The notes under the pieces are model-generated. The model was given only the letters and a program-made list of their open reading frames with translations. It had not been told where the DNA came from and ran no database searches. DNA of 64,000 nucleotides from an uncultured delta proteobacterium. GTDB lineage: Bacteria; Desulfobacterota; Binatia; Binatales; Binataceae. Made by a program: the position numbers and the translations under genes. Of the stretch, positions 26,506 to 36,566 are shown piece by piece (position 1 is the stretch's first letter; each line of letters starts with the position of its first letter). The stretch covers positions 176,644 through 240,643 of the forward strand of contig CAWHWI010000005.1 in assembly GCA_963833025.1 (NCBI GenBank). Direction: 5' to 3'.

Positions 26506-26580
<75 letters not shown>

Positions 26581-26715
26581 TCTGAGGCGAGTCTAGGCAC
26601 CGACCCCCGGACTGTCAATTGAATTCCCCGCCGACATGCGGATAGGATCGATTGAGAATAGAAGCGCACTTCGCCGTTGACTTCCTTGCCGCCCATCCAT
26701 CAAAAGCACTCGCGT

Positions 26716-27327
26716 ATGGCTCCCCGCTTTGCATCCGGCGTGTCGCGAGTACCTCGGCTGCTGCAGCGTTCAGCCGTTCGCTCGCTCTTCGCAATGGCCC
26801 TGGCTCTCGCGTGTGCCGGATGCTTCCTTCACTCCACCGTCAAGCCCGTTCCGCCGACTCAGCAACAGGTGGCGGCGTACGCCGCACAGCAGACCGCGCT
26901 TCGAAATGACGCGAGCCGAGGCAACGACGAACCGCGTTGCGATCAGCTTGCGACGGCCACGCCCGGCGTCGAAGAGCTTCGAATCAACCGCGGCTCCGTC
27001 GAGAGCCGCCAGTGGATGCTGACCAGCAACGGCGTCTCGCCGCGCTGGACTTTCATCAGGGGTCAGGACGGCTCCCCTGACGGCTGGGCGCCGAAGCCCG
27101 GCATCGACAAGCTCAACTTCCAACCGCCCGTCGAGCCGGCGCTGACGGCGGGCTCCCGTCACTTCCTCGCCTACGCCGCGGTCGAGCGCGACACTGTCGA
27201 GGACAGTCAGAAGTCTTCGACCGTGCAACAGGTCTTCGGCGCCGCGCAAGGCGACTTTACATGGCGCGGACGAAAGTACAGTTACACCATGACGCCCGAG
27301 CTGCCGTGCTTTCCGACGCTGCAGTAA
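26716..27327 (+). CDS. hypothetical lipoprotein
   Basis: ATG at 26716. Signal peptide with lipobox LALACAGC. No recognisable domain. Confidence 0.55.
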   Translation: MAPRFASGVSRVPRLLQRSAVRSLFAMALALACAGCFLHSTVKPVPPTQQQVAAYAAQQTALRNDASRGNDEPRCDQLATATPGVEELRINRGSVESRQWMLTSNGVSPRWTFIRGQDGSPDGWAPKPGIDKLNFQPPVEPALTAGSRHFLAYAAVERDTVEDSQKSSTVQQVFGAAQGDFTWRGRKYSYTMTPELPCFPTLQ

Positions 27328-27947
27328 CAGTCGCGACGCCTGGGTCGCGAAAACTGACGCGCGAATTTTACGCGCGTCCGGTTCTGATGGTGGCGCGCGA
27401 ATGCATCGGCAAAGTCCTCGTGCATCGCACTGCCGAAGGCGTCGCGGCGGGCCGCATCGTCGAGGCCGAGGCGTATCGCGGGCCGCTCGATCTCGCGGCG
27501 CATAGCGCGCGCGGATTGACGAAGCGAACCACCGCGATGTACGGGCCGCCCGGCCACGCGTACGTGTACTTGCTATACGGAATCAGCTGGGCGATGAACA
27601 TTGTGACTACCGCCGACGGCGTCCCGCACGCGGTACTGATTAGAGCGATCGAACCGCTACTGGGTATCGACTTGATGGCGCGGCGTCGTAGCAAACCGCC
27701 CGATTCCCGCGAACTGACTAATGGCCCCGGCAAATTGACTAATGCACTGGCTATTACCGGCGCCGACTATGGACTGGATCTATGCAGCGGACAACGAAAG
27801 CTGTACCTGGAGCGCTCCGAAGTTCAAGTCGGACGAATCGGCACGTCGCCACGGATCAACGTCGACTACGCAGGATCGTGGGCGTCGAAACGTTGGCGAT
27901 TTTATGAACGCGGCAACCGCTACGTCTCAGTGCCGCCCCGCGACTAG
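27261..27947 (+). CDS. mpg: DNA-3-methyladenine glycosylase (AAG/Mpg family)
   Basis: FYARPVLMVARECIGKVLV, EAEAYRGP.DLAAHS, GHAYVYLLYG and NGPGKL are family signatures. The start is uncertain: ATG 27261 overlaps the upstream gene by 67 nt. Confidence 0.85.
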   Translation: MARTKVQLHHDARAAVLSDAAVTVATPGSRKLTREFYARPVLMVARECIGKVLVHRTAEGVAAGRIVEAEAYRGPLDLAAHSARGLTKRTTAMYGPPGHAYVYLLYGISWAMNIVTTADGVPHAVLIRAIEPLLGIDLMARRRSKPPDSRELTNGPGKLTNALAITGADYGLDLCSGQRKLYLERSEVQVGRIGTSPRINVDYAGSWASKRWRFYERGNRYVSVPPRD

Positions 27948-29461
27948 CTGGCCGGAGCATTCTGCACACCCGCCTGGGGCCGCGAAACTACCGTCACGTT
28001 CTTGAACCTGGCGACGACCACCGGATACGCCCGGCGAATCTCCGCAACTTGCGCGGGGCCGAGCGTCTCCGAAATGATTACTACTCGGGGCGCCTCATTC
28101 TCAGTTCCATTAAAAGGAACTCGAACCAATTGCTCCCGGCTCGCGACGGGCATGTAGTAGCTAACGAGATAGTACTCGTGAGCTACGCCCACGCGTCCGT
28201 CCGGACCCGCATTACTCAGTGCAATCTCACATGCGTCGCGCCAGCGGTTGTCTCCAGCCCTCAGTATAGATGACACTCGCAGGATAGCGAGACTTACTAT
28301 CGCAACGATCGCGACCGCACGGTAGTTTGGCGACGACAAATACTCAATGCCTATTGCAGTGAGTATATACAATGGAACGAAAGAGGATATCAGGTAGCGC
28401 GTCACCAGCATCGGAGTAACCAGGCACGACCCGGCGAACAGCACGATCGGCGGGATCGCGATCCAGAGGATCAGCAGCTCAGCCTGGGCGCGATGCGACC
28501 GCCAGAGCCGAACCGCGCCAAAGATCGCGAACAGCGTGAACAGTGGGAACGGCCAGCTGCCGAGTCCGCTCTCGAACGTGGCCAGCGGCTCCCACGGCCC
28601 TGGCGGCCTGATCCAGCCGTAGTCGCCCCGCCGCACGCCCTCGACTCCGTAGCGCAGTCCCGCGAAGAAGGGCAGCAGCAACACCATCGCGGCAAGCAGA
28701 GCGACTGCCATCAGCCACGGTGACGCGCGTTGTACTCCTTCGACGTTTCGCACAACGGGGCTGTCAGTGAAGTACAGATGGCTCAGCCACAACGCCTCCG
28801 CCGCAATCACCAGCACGGCGGTAAAGTTGGTTGCCACCGCAATCGCCGAAAAAATTATGAGGCCGGCATAGTTTGCCAGTCCCCCGAGCCGCCGCGTGCG
28901 TAGCAGGAAAATCACCTGCGTGAGAATCCACGCCTGCATCATCGAATACATTCGCGCCTGGCGCGCGATGTCGACCGACGGCAGCGCGACCGCAAACAGC
29001 AACGCGCACAACGCCGCCACAATGTAGATGCGGCCTTCCTCATACCTCGCCCGTTCTTTCACGGGAGAGGCGGCCTCGCGCAGCGAGGCAGGTGAGGGTT
29101 CTGGGCTCTCCCTCGCCGCCAACATCACTTCCACACCAAGAATGAACACCAGCACAATCGACAGCGATCCGATTAGCGCCGACAACGCCCGCATCGCCGC
29201 CTCGCTTTCCCCGAAAACACGCATCCATCCGTGTTGTGCAAGCTCGTATATCGGGAACTTCCCCGAATCCAGCTGATGCTGTACGCGCAACACTTCCGCG
29301 ACGCTCGGCGCTGACGACTCGGCCCATGAAAGCGACTCGTCAATCGACAACTCGCGCGAGCCGAGGCGAAAGAACCGCAGTATCGTGCCGGCGACGACGG
29401 CCATGAGCAGCACTGCGCCAGTCTGTCCTCGCCAGCCGCGCGGCAGAAAGTTGCGCTTCAT
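27944..29461 (-). CDS. GT39/ArnT-like (PMT_2) membrane glycosyltransferase
   Basis: 505 aa with about 11 TM helices. N-terminal loop RFFRLGSRELSIDESLSW (D-E motif) is typical of the dolichyl/undecaprenyl-phosphate-sugar transferase GT-C fold. Confidence 0.75.
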   Translation of the reverse strand: MKRNFLPRGWRGQTGAVLLMAVVAGTILRFFRLGSRELSIDESLSWAESSAPSVAEVLRVQHQLDSGKFPIYELAQHGWMRVFGESEAAMRALSALIGSLSIVLVFILGVEVMLAARESPEPSPASLREAASPVKERARYEEGRIYIVAALCALLFAVALPSVDIARQARMYSMMQAWILTQVIFLLRTRRLGGLANYAGLIIFSAIAVATNFTAVLVIAAEALWLSHLYFTDSPVVRNVEGVQRASPWLMAVALLAAMVLLLPFFAGLRYGVEGVRRGDYGWIRPPGPWEPLATFESGLGSWPFPLFTLFAIFGAVRLWRSHRAQAELLILWIAIPPIVLFAGSCLVTPMLVTRYLISSFVPLYILTAIGIEYLSSPNYRAVAIVAIVSLAILRVSSILRAGDNRWRDACEIALSNAGPDGRVGVAHEYYLVSYYMPVASREQLVRVPFNGTENEAPRVVIISETLGPAQVAEIRRAYPVVVARFKNVTVVSRPQAGVQNAPAS

Positions 29462-29551
29462 TGATCTGTTAGCTGTAGACGCGCGACGTGAACCAGTGAA
29501 CGAGCCTCCGCAAATTGCGCGACGCCGGGGTTTCGCGGTCTACTATCCGCG

Positions 29552-30388
29552 ATGCCGACGCTTCCGCGACGCCCTTTCCCGCTCGCAATCATAACCGACT
29601 TCGGCTATCGCGACCATTATGTCGGCGCGATGAAGGGCGTGATCGCCTCGATCGCTCCTGGCGCCGCCGTCATCGACATCACGCACGGCATCCCCGCGCA
29701 ATCCGTCGTCGCCGGCGCCATCGCTTTGCGCGAATCATGGCGTTACTTCCCCGCGCGCACCGTTTTTCTTGCGGTTGTCGATCCGGGCGTCGGCACCTCG
29801 CGAGCGCCTATCGCCATCGAGACTCGCGCCGGCGCCCGCTTCGTCGGACCCGACAACGGCCTGCTATGGCTCGCCGCGAACGAGGCCGGCATCACTAGAA
29901 TTGTGAAACTGACTTCGCCCCGCCATCGTCTTACCAACGTGAGTGCGACTTTCCACGGCCGCGACATCTTCGCCCCTGCCGCGGCGTACCTCTGGCGCGG
30001 CACGTCGATTTCCTCGCTCGGACCCGCACTGCTCCCGACCTCGATCGCGCGGCTCGAACTGCCGACTCCCGCGGACTCGGCGCGCGAGCTGCGCGGTGAA
30101 GTGATCTACGTGGACGGTTTCGGCAATCTGGTGAGCAATATCGATCGCCCAGCGGCCGAACGGTTCGGCGCTCGCTTTCGCCACAAATACCTTTCAGTTA
30201 GGATCGAAGGTGGCGCGGCAATGCCAATACTTGATGCTTATGGCGACGCGCCCAAAGGTGTTCCTCTCGCAATATTCGGAAGCTTCAGCCTGCTCGAAGT
30301 CGCGGTGCGCGATGGCAATGCCGCCGCGCACTTCGCCGCCGGACCTGGCTCGTCGCTATCTCTCGTCGCAGTCGCGGGTCGCATTTAA
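29552..30388 (+). CDS. SAM hydrolase / SAM-dependent halogenase family protein (DUF62, SAM hydroxide adenosyltransferase)
   Basis: IITDFGYRDHYVGAMKGVI, VVDPGVGTSR, GPDNGL and FHGRDIFAPAAAYL are the family motifs. Confidence 0.85.
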   Translation: MPTLPRRPFPLAIITDFGYRDHYVGAMKGVIASIAPGAAVIDITHGIPAQSVVAGAIALRESWRYFPARTVFLAVVDPGVGTSRAPIAIETRAGARFVGPDNGLLWLAANEAGITRIVKLTSPRHRLTNVSATFHGRDIFAPAAAYLWRGTSISSLGPALLPTSIARLELPTPADSARELRGEVIYVDGFGNLVSNIDRPAAERFGARFRHKYLSVRIEGGAAMPILDAYGDAPKGVPLAIFGSFSLLEVAVRDGNAAAHFAAGPGSSLSLVAVAGRI

Positions 30389-30390
30389 TC

Positions 30391-31479
30391 ATGGATGAAA
30401 TAGTCACTCACAAGGACGCTCCCACCGTCCTTACCGATATTCCTCGCTACAGCGCGCCCCCCGAGCCTGCCCCCAGTGCGTTCGAGCGTCCGCGAATCCC
30501 TCCCCTGAACGTCGCGCTGCTGCTGCTGACTCTGCTGACCACCACCACCGCCGGCGCGTACATGAATGGCGAGGATGTCTCCTGGTGGCATCCGTTTCTC
30601 GCGATCGCCGCTCTGAGCTCCGGCCTCTCGTTCTCGATTCCTCTCATGATGATTCTGTTCGCGCATGAGATGGGCCATTACGTGACCTCGCGCTATCACA
30701 ACGTCGATACCTCCCTGCCATACTTCATCCCGGCGCCGCCGTCGCTGTTTATCATCGGAACCTTCGGCGCATTCATCCGGATGCGCGAGCCGGCTCGCAC
30801 GCGCCGCGTGATGTTCGACATTGGCGCCGCCGGTCCGTGGGCGGGCGTGATGCTCGCGATACCCGCCGTCATCATCGGTCTCTATCTTTCCGACGTAACG
30901 CCGCTCGACAAGTCCGCCGGTGGCCTCGAGCTCGGCAACTCGCTCCTCTTCCTGGGCCTCTCGCACCTCGTGCTGGGCGTCGATCCCTCGACCGTCAACG
31001 TAAATCTCAATCCGATCGCCTTCGCTGGATGGATCGGGCTGTTCGTCACCACGCTTAACTTGCTGCCGGTCGGGCAACTCGACGGCGGCCACGTGGTCTA
31101 CGCGCTGTTCCCGCGACGCCATCGCACCATTTCCGTGCTGTTCGTCATCTCGTGCGTGCTGATGGTACTGGTGCCGCTCGCGCTCGGCATCAGCTTCTGG
31201 GGCGGCTGGCTGCTATGGGCAGTCCTGTCGATCGCGCTCGGCTTGGGACATCCCTCGACCATCGATCGCGACACTCCCCTGAACCCGCGCCGCGCCCTCG
31301 CCGCATGGGCCACCGTCGCATTGTTCATCGTCACGTTCAGCCCGGTGCCGCTGTCCTTCGTGCAACCCGAGGCGCCGATTCCGACGCCGATGCAGCCCGG
31401 CGAACATTCCCAGGAAATAATCCATCACGCGCCGCACTACGACGACCTGCTGCGGCAACTCGGCCACGTAAAGATTTGA
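30391..31479 (+). CDS. site-2 protease (M50 family) membrane metalloprotease
   Basis: HEMGHY (HExxH) and NLLPVGQLDGGH motifs; multi-pass membrane protein. Confidence 0.85.
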   Translation: MDEIVTHKDAPTVLTDIPRYSAPPEPAPSAFERPRIPPLNVALLLLTLLTTTTAGAYMNGEDVSWWHPFLAIAALSSGLSFSIPLMMILFAHEMGHYVTSRYHNVDTSLPYFIPAPPSLFIIGTFGAFIRMREPARTRRVMFDIGAAGPWAGVMLAIPAVIIGLYLSDVTPLDKSAGGLELGNSLLFLGLSHLVLGVDPSTVNVNLNPIAFAGWIGLFVTTLNLLPVGQLDGGHVVYALFPRRHRTISVLFVISCVLMVLVPLALGISFWGGWLLWAVLSIALGLGHPSTIDRDTPLNPRRALAAWATVALFIVTFSPVPLSFVQPEAPIPTPMQPGEHSQEIIHHAPHYDDLLRQLGHVKI

Positions 31480-31490
31480 GGGGAGCCGCG

Positions 31491-32006
31491 TTGGCCGAAA
31501 ATCCGACTATCAAACCGAATCCGGAGACCAGGCCCCACCGCCCGAGCTGGGACAACTACTTCATGACGATCACGCGCGAGGTCGCCGAGCGCTCGACTTG
31601 CCTGCGCGCCAAGGTTGGCGCCGTCATCGTGCGCGACCGCAGCATCCTCGCGACCGGCTACAACGGCTCGCCCGCGGGATTGCCGCATTGCACCGAAGTC
31701 GGATGCCTCATTTACGAATCGCGCACGCCCGACGGCGAAATCGAGCAGAATTGCTATCGCACCATCCACGCGGAGATCAACGCCATCTCGCAAGCCGCTC
31801 GCAACGGCGCCGCCATCCGCGACGCCGACATCTACGTCACTCACACGCCGTGCATCCACTGCCTCAAGGTGCTCATCAACACCGGCGTCCGCACCGTGTA
31901 TTACGCGCGCCCGTACAAGCTCCACACCGTCGCCGAGATGCTCAAAGGCGCGCGCATAAAGCTCGTCCAGGTCACCACCGAGGATTCCCCGCCAAGGCCA
32001 GCATGA
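31491..32006 (+). CDS. dCMP deaminase (ComEB-type cytidine/deoxycytidylate deaminase)
   Basis: TTG start at 31491 with GAGGGGAG upstream. SWDNYFM...RSTC, HAE.NA and PCIHC zinc motifs. Confidence 0.85.
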   Translation: MAENPTIKPNPETRPHRPSWDNYFMTITREVAERSTCLRAKVGAVIVRDRSILATGYNGSPAGLPHCTEVGCLIYESRTPDGEIEQNCYRTIHAEINAISQAARNGAAIRDADIYVTHTPCIHCLKVLINTGVRTVYYARPYKLHTVAEMLKGARIKLVQVTTEDSPPRPA

Positions 32007-32482
32007 CGACAGAAACCCCCTGCGGCATCTGCCCATTAATCGATCGCATCAAGGCCGGCAGCTTTCGCGATTTTATCGCGGAGCTGAAAAGCTGTTACGT
32101 GATTCTCGGCGATCAACAATTCTATCGAGGCTACTGCGTGCTGTTCGCGAAGCTGCACGCGACCGAACTCTACCTGATGCCCGCGGACGCCGCGCGCCTA
32201 CTCTCCGACGAGATGCGCCTGGTCGCCGAAGCAATAGCGACGGTCGTCAAGCCGTGGAAGATGAACTACGAGTGCCTGGGTAATTCGGAACCGCATGTGC
32301 ATTGGCATCTGTTTCCGCGCTCCGAGAACGAAGCCCACGAATTGCGGCGCGGACCAATCTGGCTGCGCCCCGAGTCCGAACGAAAGGTACCGCTTGACGA
32401 AAATGACCGCCGCCCGCTCATCGCATCCATCCGCACCCAGCTCGTCCTGCGTTTCCCCGATGCGCGCATCCCGCCCAGTTAG
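32003..32482 (+). CDS. HIT-family protein
   Basis: ATG at 32003 overlaps the upstream stop (ATGA). Histidine triad HVHWHLFPR. Confidence 0.85.
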   Translation: MTTETPCGICPLIDRIKAGSFRDFIAELKSCYVILGDQQFYRGYCVLFAKLHATELYLMPADAARLLSDEMRLVAEAIATVVKPWKMNYECLGNSEPHVHWHLFPRSENEAHELRRGPIWLRPESERKVPLDENDRRPLIASIRTQLVLRFPDARIPPS

Positions 32483-32768
32483 CAGGATTCAACCCGCCGC
32501 TGTCGCGCTAGCGTTACTCGCAATCCTCCTTTCAGGATGCAAACCCGCTCAGCTCCCCGACGTGGCCAGTCCCGCCGCGCAACTCTACGTCCAGCGATGC
32601 GGCAATTGTCACGCGCCCTACAATCCCCGCGAAATGACCGCCGCGATGTGGGACACGCAAGTCACAATGATGGAGACAAAAATGCAGGCCGCGGGACAAC
32701 TCCCGCTAACCTCAGACGAGCGCGAATCAATCCTCGAATACCTGAAACGCAACGCCGGCACCGAGTAG
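32460..32768 (+). CDS. small c-type cytochrome lipoprotein
   Basis: Lipobox LLSGC followed by the haem-binding site CGNCH. Confidence 0.65.
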   Translation: MRASRPVSRIQPAAVALALLAILLSGCKPAQLPDVASPAAQLYVQRCGNCHAPYNPREMTAAMWDTQVTMMETKMQAAGQLPLTSDERESILEYLKRNAGTE

Positions 32769-32879
32769 CTCCGCCCCTCCGCGCGATTGTTCCCCTTCCC
32801 ACAGTGGGAAGGGTTCGGGGCTAGGTTGACCGGCGACCACCTAAGCGCTTTGCTGATTTCAAATCGGGGCAATCGACAG

Positions 32880-34412
32880 ATGCAATACGACGACATCATC
32901 GTTGGCGCCGGCTCTTCAGGCGCCGCCCTGGCCGCCCGCCTCAGTGAGGATCCCACTCGCTCCGTTTTGCTGCTCGAGGCGGGCCCCGACTACTCGACCA
33001 TCGAGCAAACTCCCGCCGATTTGTTGAACACCTGGATTTCCGCCGGACCGCATGACTGGCATCTGACCGCGCAAGCAACGCCCGCTCGCGAAATTCCGTA
33101 CCCGCGCGGCAAGGTGACCGGCGGCAGTTCTGCCGTCAACGGCCACATCGCTCTGCGCGGCACACCTCAGGACTTCGACGAATGGGCGGCATGGGGTAAT
33201 CGCGAGTGGAGCTTCGAGAAGGTCCTGCCGTTCCATCGCAAGTTGGAAGACGATCGCGACGCCCGCGGTGATTTTCACGGCGTCGGCGGACCGATCTGGA
33301 TTCAGCGTCCGCAACCCGAAACCTGGCAACCTCTCAATCGCGCCTTCTACGATGCCGCGCGCGCGACCGGATATGCGGAAGTCTGGGACCACAACGACCC
33401 CGAGTCCACCGGCATCGGCCCATGGCCGCGTAACCGGCGCGAGGGCGTCCGCATCTCAACCGCTATCGGCTATCTTGCGCCCGCGCGTCACCGCATGAAT
33501 CTCACAATTCGCGGCGGTGTCAACGCCCACCGGGTGATCCTCGAGGATGGCCGCCGAGCCGTCGGTGTCGAAGTCGAGAGCGCCGGGACCGTCCAACAGG
33601 TCTGTGGCCGCCGAGTCACTCTCTCTGCCGGCGCGATACATTCGCCCGCTCTGTTGATGCGCTCCGGTATCGGCCCGCGCGATGATCTCGCCGCGCTCGG
33701 CTTCGACTGCAAGGTGAACCTTCCGGGAGTCGGCCGCAATCTGATCGATCATTTGATGGTCTTCGTAGTCGCGGTTCCGCTGCCGGGAATTCCTCACGAT
33801 CCGCAGGTCACCAATCCCGTCGGTATCCGCTACACCGCCGCGGGTTCCGACGAGTTCAACGACATGCAGATGTACGTGTTTGAACAGTTCGACGCTGCTC
33901 TTGCGCCGGGGCTGGCGCTCGACCTGCCGGTACCAAGCATCTCGATCGTTCCTGGCTTGCAACGCCCCCGCTCACGCGGCCGCCTCCGCCTGCGCAGCGC
34001 CAATCCCGACGTTCCGCCGATCATTGATCTAAACTATCTCAGTGACCCGGAAGATATGCGCAGGATGGTGGACGGCGTGCGCATCGCCTGGCGCTTGATG
34101 CACGAAAGCCACTTTGCGCCGATGCTCAAAGAGATCGTGAATCTGACCGCCGAAGTCGCGAGCTCTGACGCGGCACTCGAGGCTTTCGTGCGCGACAACT
34201 GCACGACGATCTTTCATCCGGTCGGCACCGCCAGGATGGGACCCGATAACGATCCAATGGCAGTCGTCGATCAGTATTGCCGCGTGCGCGGCGTCGACGG
34301 ATTGCGCGTCGTCGACGCGTCCGTGATGCCCAACATCGTGCGCGCCAACACCAACTTGACCTGCATCATGATCGGCGAACGCGTCGCCGAATGGATGCGC
34401 AATTCAGATTGA
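32880..34412 (+). CDS. GMC-family FAD oxidoreductase (choline-dehydrogenase-like)
   Basis: Start MQYDDIIVGAGSSGAALAARLSE (GxGxxG). GGSSAVNG and C-terminal HPVGTARMG with active-site His region. Confidence 0.9.
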   Translation: MQYDDIIVGAGSSGAALAARLSEDPTRSVLLLEAGPDYSTIEQTPADLLNTWISAGPHDWHLTAQATPAREIPYPRGKVTGGSSAVNGHIALRGTPQDFDEWAAWGNREWSFEKVLPFHRKLEDDRDARGDFHGVGGPIWIQRPQPETWQPLNRAFYDAARATGYAEVWDHNDPESTGIGPWPRNRREGVRISTAIGYLAPARHRMNLTIRGGVNAHRVILEDGRRAVGVEVESAGTVQQVCGRRVTLSAGAIHSPALLMRSGIGPRDDLAALGFDCKVNLPGVGRNLIDHLMVFVVAVPLPGIPHDPQVTNPVGIRYTAAGSDEFNDMQMYVFEQFDAALAPGLALDLPVPSISIVPGLQRPRSRGRLRLRSANPDVPPIIDLNYLSDPEDMRRMVDGVRIAWRLMHESHFAPMLKEIVNLTAEVASSDAALEAFVRDNCTTIFHPVGTARMGPDNDPMAVVDQYCRVRGVDGLRVVDASVMPNIVRANTNLTCIMIGERVAEWMRNSD

Positions 34413-34451
34413 CGCGACTTTTGTAACCGGCCGCCGCGGTGCCGCCCTGAG

Positions 34452-34622
34452 CTAGAGCTGGGTGTCTACGGTGTTCACCAGCGCGCTGACGGTCGTGCCC
34501 GTCGTCTGGTAGCCGGCATAGACGATAACTGCAATCGCCGAGACAATCAGCACATATTCAGCCATCGTCTGGCCGCGTGCGAACGAATCAGCCTTCACGT
34601 ATAGTTTTCGAATCAGGTTCAT
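34452..34622 (-). CDS. flp: Flp-family type IVb pilin
   Basis: ATG at 34622 with AAGGAGG upstream. 56 aa with the processing-site/hydrophobic motif GQTMAEYVLIVSAIAVIV (compare G/xxxEY of Flp prepilins). Confidence 0.8.
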   Translation of the reverse strand: MNLIRKLYVKADSFARGQTMAEYVLIVSAIAVIVYAGYQTTGTTVSALVNTVDTQL

Positions 34623-35109
34623 TTCGCGTCCCTCCTTCCGCGGGAATGGATATTCGTTAGTGGGGCATGACCCGCTAACCAATATTCTCGCCCGCTGCAA
34701 GAGGCCTTTGCTAATTGTAGAAAAACTACTTGCTATAGTTATAAATACCTACTAATCAGTAAAGAAACATGTCAAAATGGATAACCCAACCAATCCCATT
34801 TGACTAGCAACTTGCTATCTCGATATCGAGCCTTTTGGATCTTCTAGTTACGGCACTCATAAGTCAAGCGTATTACGCCTTCTTACAATTATCGTAGATA
34901 TCAAGTACTAGGCTTTGGCATGTATAGATCGTTTTCATACGAATTTACGGCGCCTAATACCATCTCGCACCACCAGCCCCCGTCAGGCGACGAGCCTCGG
35001 TTCTCCCTCGACAGTCCATTCGATGTGACGATCGACCTCCCGCCGCGAACGCCGGCCCCGCCTTTCTGTCTTCCTCCCGTGATGCTAAATCCTCATCACG
35101 GGTGATCGC

Positions 35110-35721
35110 ATGGCCGACCAACTCCTGAACATCAAGCTCTACTACGACTACAAAAGTCCCTTCACTTATCTCGCGATGCACCCCGCTTACGCCTTGATGG
35201 AATCGCATCGCGTCCGCCTGCATTACATCCCGCACGAACTCAACGTCCGCGGCGCCTTCGGCGGCGAGCTCGACGAGCGCCCGGAGCGCGAATGGCGCAA
35301 AGTCCGCTACCTCTACCTGGACGCTCGTCGCTACGCGAACGCGCGCGGCCTGATCGTCCGCGGACCGCAAAAGATCTTCGACTCGAAACTCTCGCTCATC
35401 TCCGGCTTGTTTGCCGACCACCACGCCCTCTTCCGACCCTACTCCGACCGCGTCTTCGAGCGTTTCTTCAAACGCGAGCTCGACATTGAAAGTGCCGCCG
35501 CGCTCGCCGCCGTGATGAAAGAAACAGGACTCGACGCCGAAGCTTTCAACCGCTACGCACTTCACGACGGGCCCCGCGAACTGTCCGAGGCCTTCGCCGC
35601 CGGCGAACGCGACGGCGTCTTCGGCGTGCCGACTTTCATCGTCGACGGCGAGCCGTTTTGGGGCAACGATCGTGTCGAATGGGTCGTCAAGAAACTCGAC
35701 GCAATGGGCCTGAGGAGATAG
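35110..35721 (+). CDS. 2-hydroxychromene-2-carboxylate isomerase / DsbA-like (GST-kappa) family protein
   Basis: 203 aa. N-terminal YYDYKSPFTYL and C-terminal GVFGVPTFIVDGEPFWGNDR are family signatures. Confidence 0.85.
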   Translation: MADQLLNIKLYYDYKSPFTYLAMHPAYALMESHRVRLHYIPHELNVRGAFGGELDERPEREWRKVRYLYLDARRYANARGLIVRGPQKIFDSKLSLISGLFADHHALFRPYSDRVFERFFKRELDIESAAALAAVMKETGLDAEAFNRYALHDGPRELSEAFAAGERDGVFGVPTFIVDGEPFWGNDRVEWVVKKLDAMGLRR

Positions 35722-35727
35722 ACGCGG

Positions 35728-36150
35728 ATGTCCGAATACCAGTTCTACGCGCTGATAACCGTCATCTTGTTTTTCAAGATGGCCTCGATCTCGCTCGTCC
35801 AGGGAATCGCGCGATTGAGCACCCGGACGTTCGTGACTCCGGAAGACGCGCGGTTCTTTGCACATTCCGAGCCCGCGCAGGAAGAGGCGCCGATCGTCAA
35901 GCGCGCCGCCAACTGCTGGCGCAACGACCTCGAGAACATCCCGATTTTTCTGTTCCTCGGCTTGATCTACGTGACGCTCGGACTCTGGCCGGGAGGCGCG
36001 TTCATCTATTTCACAATCTTCGTCCTCGCGCGGATTCTTCACACGATTACGTTCCTGCTCGGCTTGCAACCATGGCGCACGATTTTTTTCACATTCGGAA
36101 TGGCGGTCTGTATCATCCTTTCCATCAACATATTGACCGCGGTGCTATAG
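35728..36150 (+). CDS. MAPEG-family membrane protein (MGST-like)
   Basis: 140 aa, 4 TM helices, with RAANCWRNDLENIPIFL (the MAPEG R..N..EN.P motif). Confidence 0.8.
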   Translation: MSEYQFYALITVILFFKMASISLVQGIARLSTRTFVTPEDARFFAHSEPAQEEAPIVKRAANCWRNDLENIPIFLFLGLIYVTLGLWPGGAFIYFTIFVLARILHTITFLLGLQPWRTIFFTFGMAVCIILSINILTAVL

Positions 36151-36152
36151 CT

Positions 36153-36548
36153 ATGAAACCGATTCCAATCGGCGCCAGGGGAACTCATTCTAAAACCGTC
36201 GCCGCCGCCGACCTCGCCAGCCATCTCGACGCCTCGCTCGCCGCCGTTCTGTCGACGCCGACCATGGTCGCGATGATGGAGCAGGCCGCAATCGAAGCGA
36301 TCAAGCCGTTCCTCGACGCCGGGGAAAGCTCGGTCGGCATGTCGATCGAAGTCAGTCACACTGCCGCGACGCCGCCGGGCCATCGCGCTCGCGCCGAAGC
36401 TGAAGTCACCAAGGTCGAAGGCCGCCGCCTCGAGTTTGCCGTGCGGGCCTTCGACGATGTCGAGCAGATTGGCTCCGGGAGCCATCGGCGCGCGGTAATC
36501 GACGCCGCCAAGTTCAACGATCGAATCAAAACCAAGCAGAAAAACTAG
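36153..36548 (+). CDS. hotdog-fold thioesterase (FlK-like family)
   Basis: 131 aa. LSTPTMVAMMEQAA and SVGMSIEVSHTAATP fit the fluoroacetyl-CoA-thioesterase-like hotdog family. Confidence 0.7.
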   Translation: MKPIPIGARGTHSKTVAAADLASHLDASLAAVLSTPTMVAMMEQAAIEAIKPFLDAGESSVGMSIEVSHTAATPPGHRARAEAEVTKVEGRRLEFAVRAFDDVEQIGSGSHRRAVIDAAKFNDRIKTKQKN

Positions 36549-36566
36549 CACGCGCAGGACACCACG

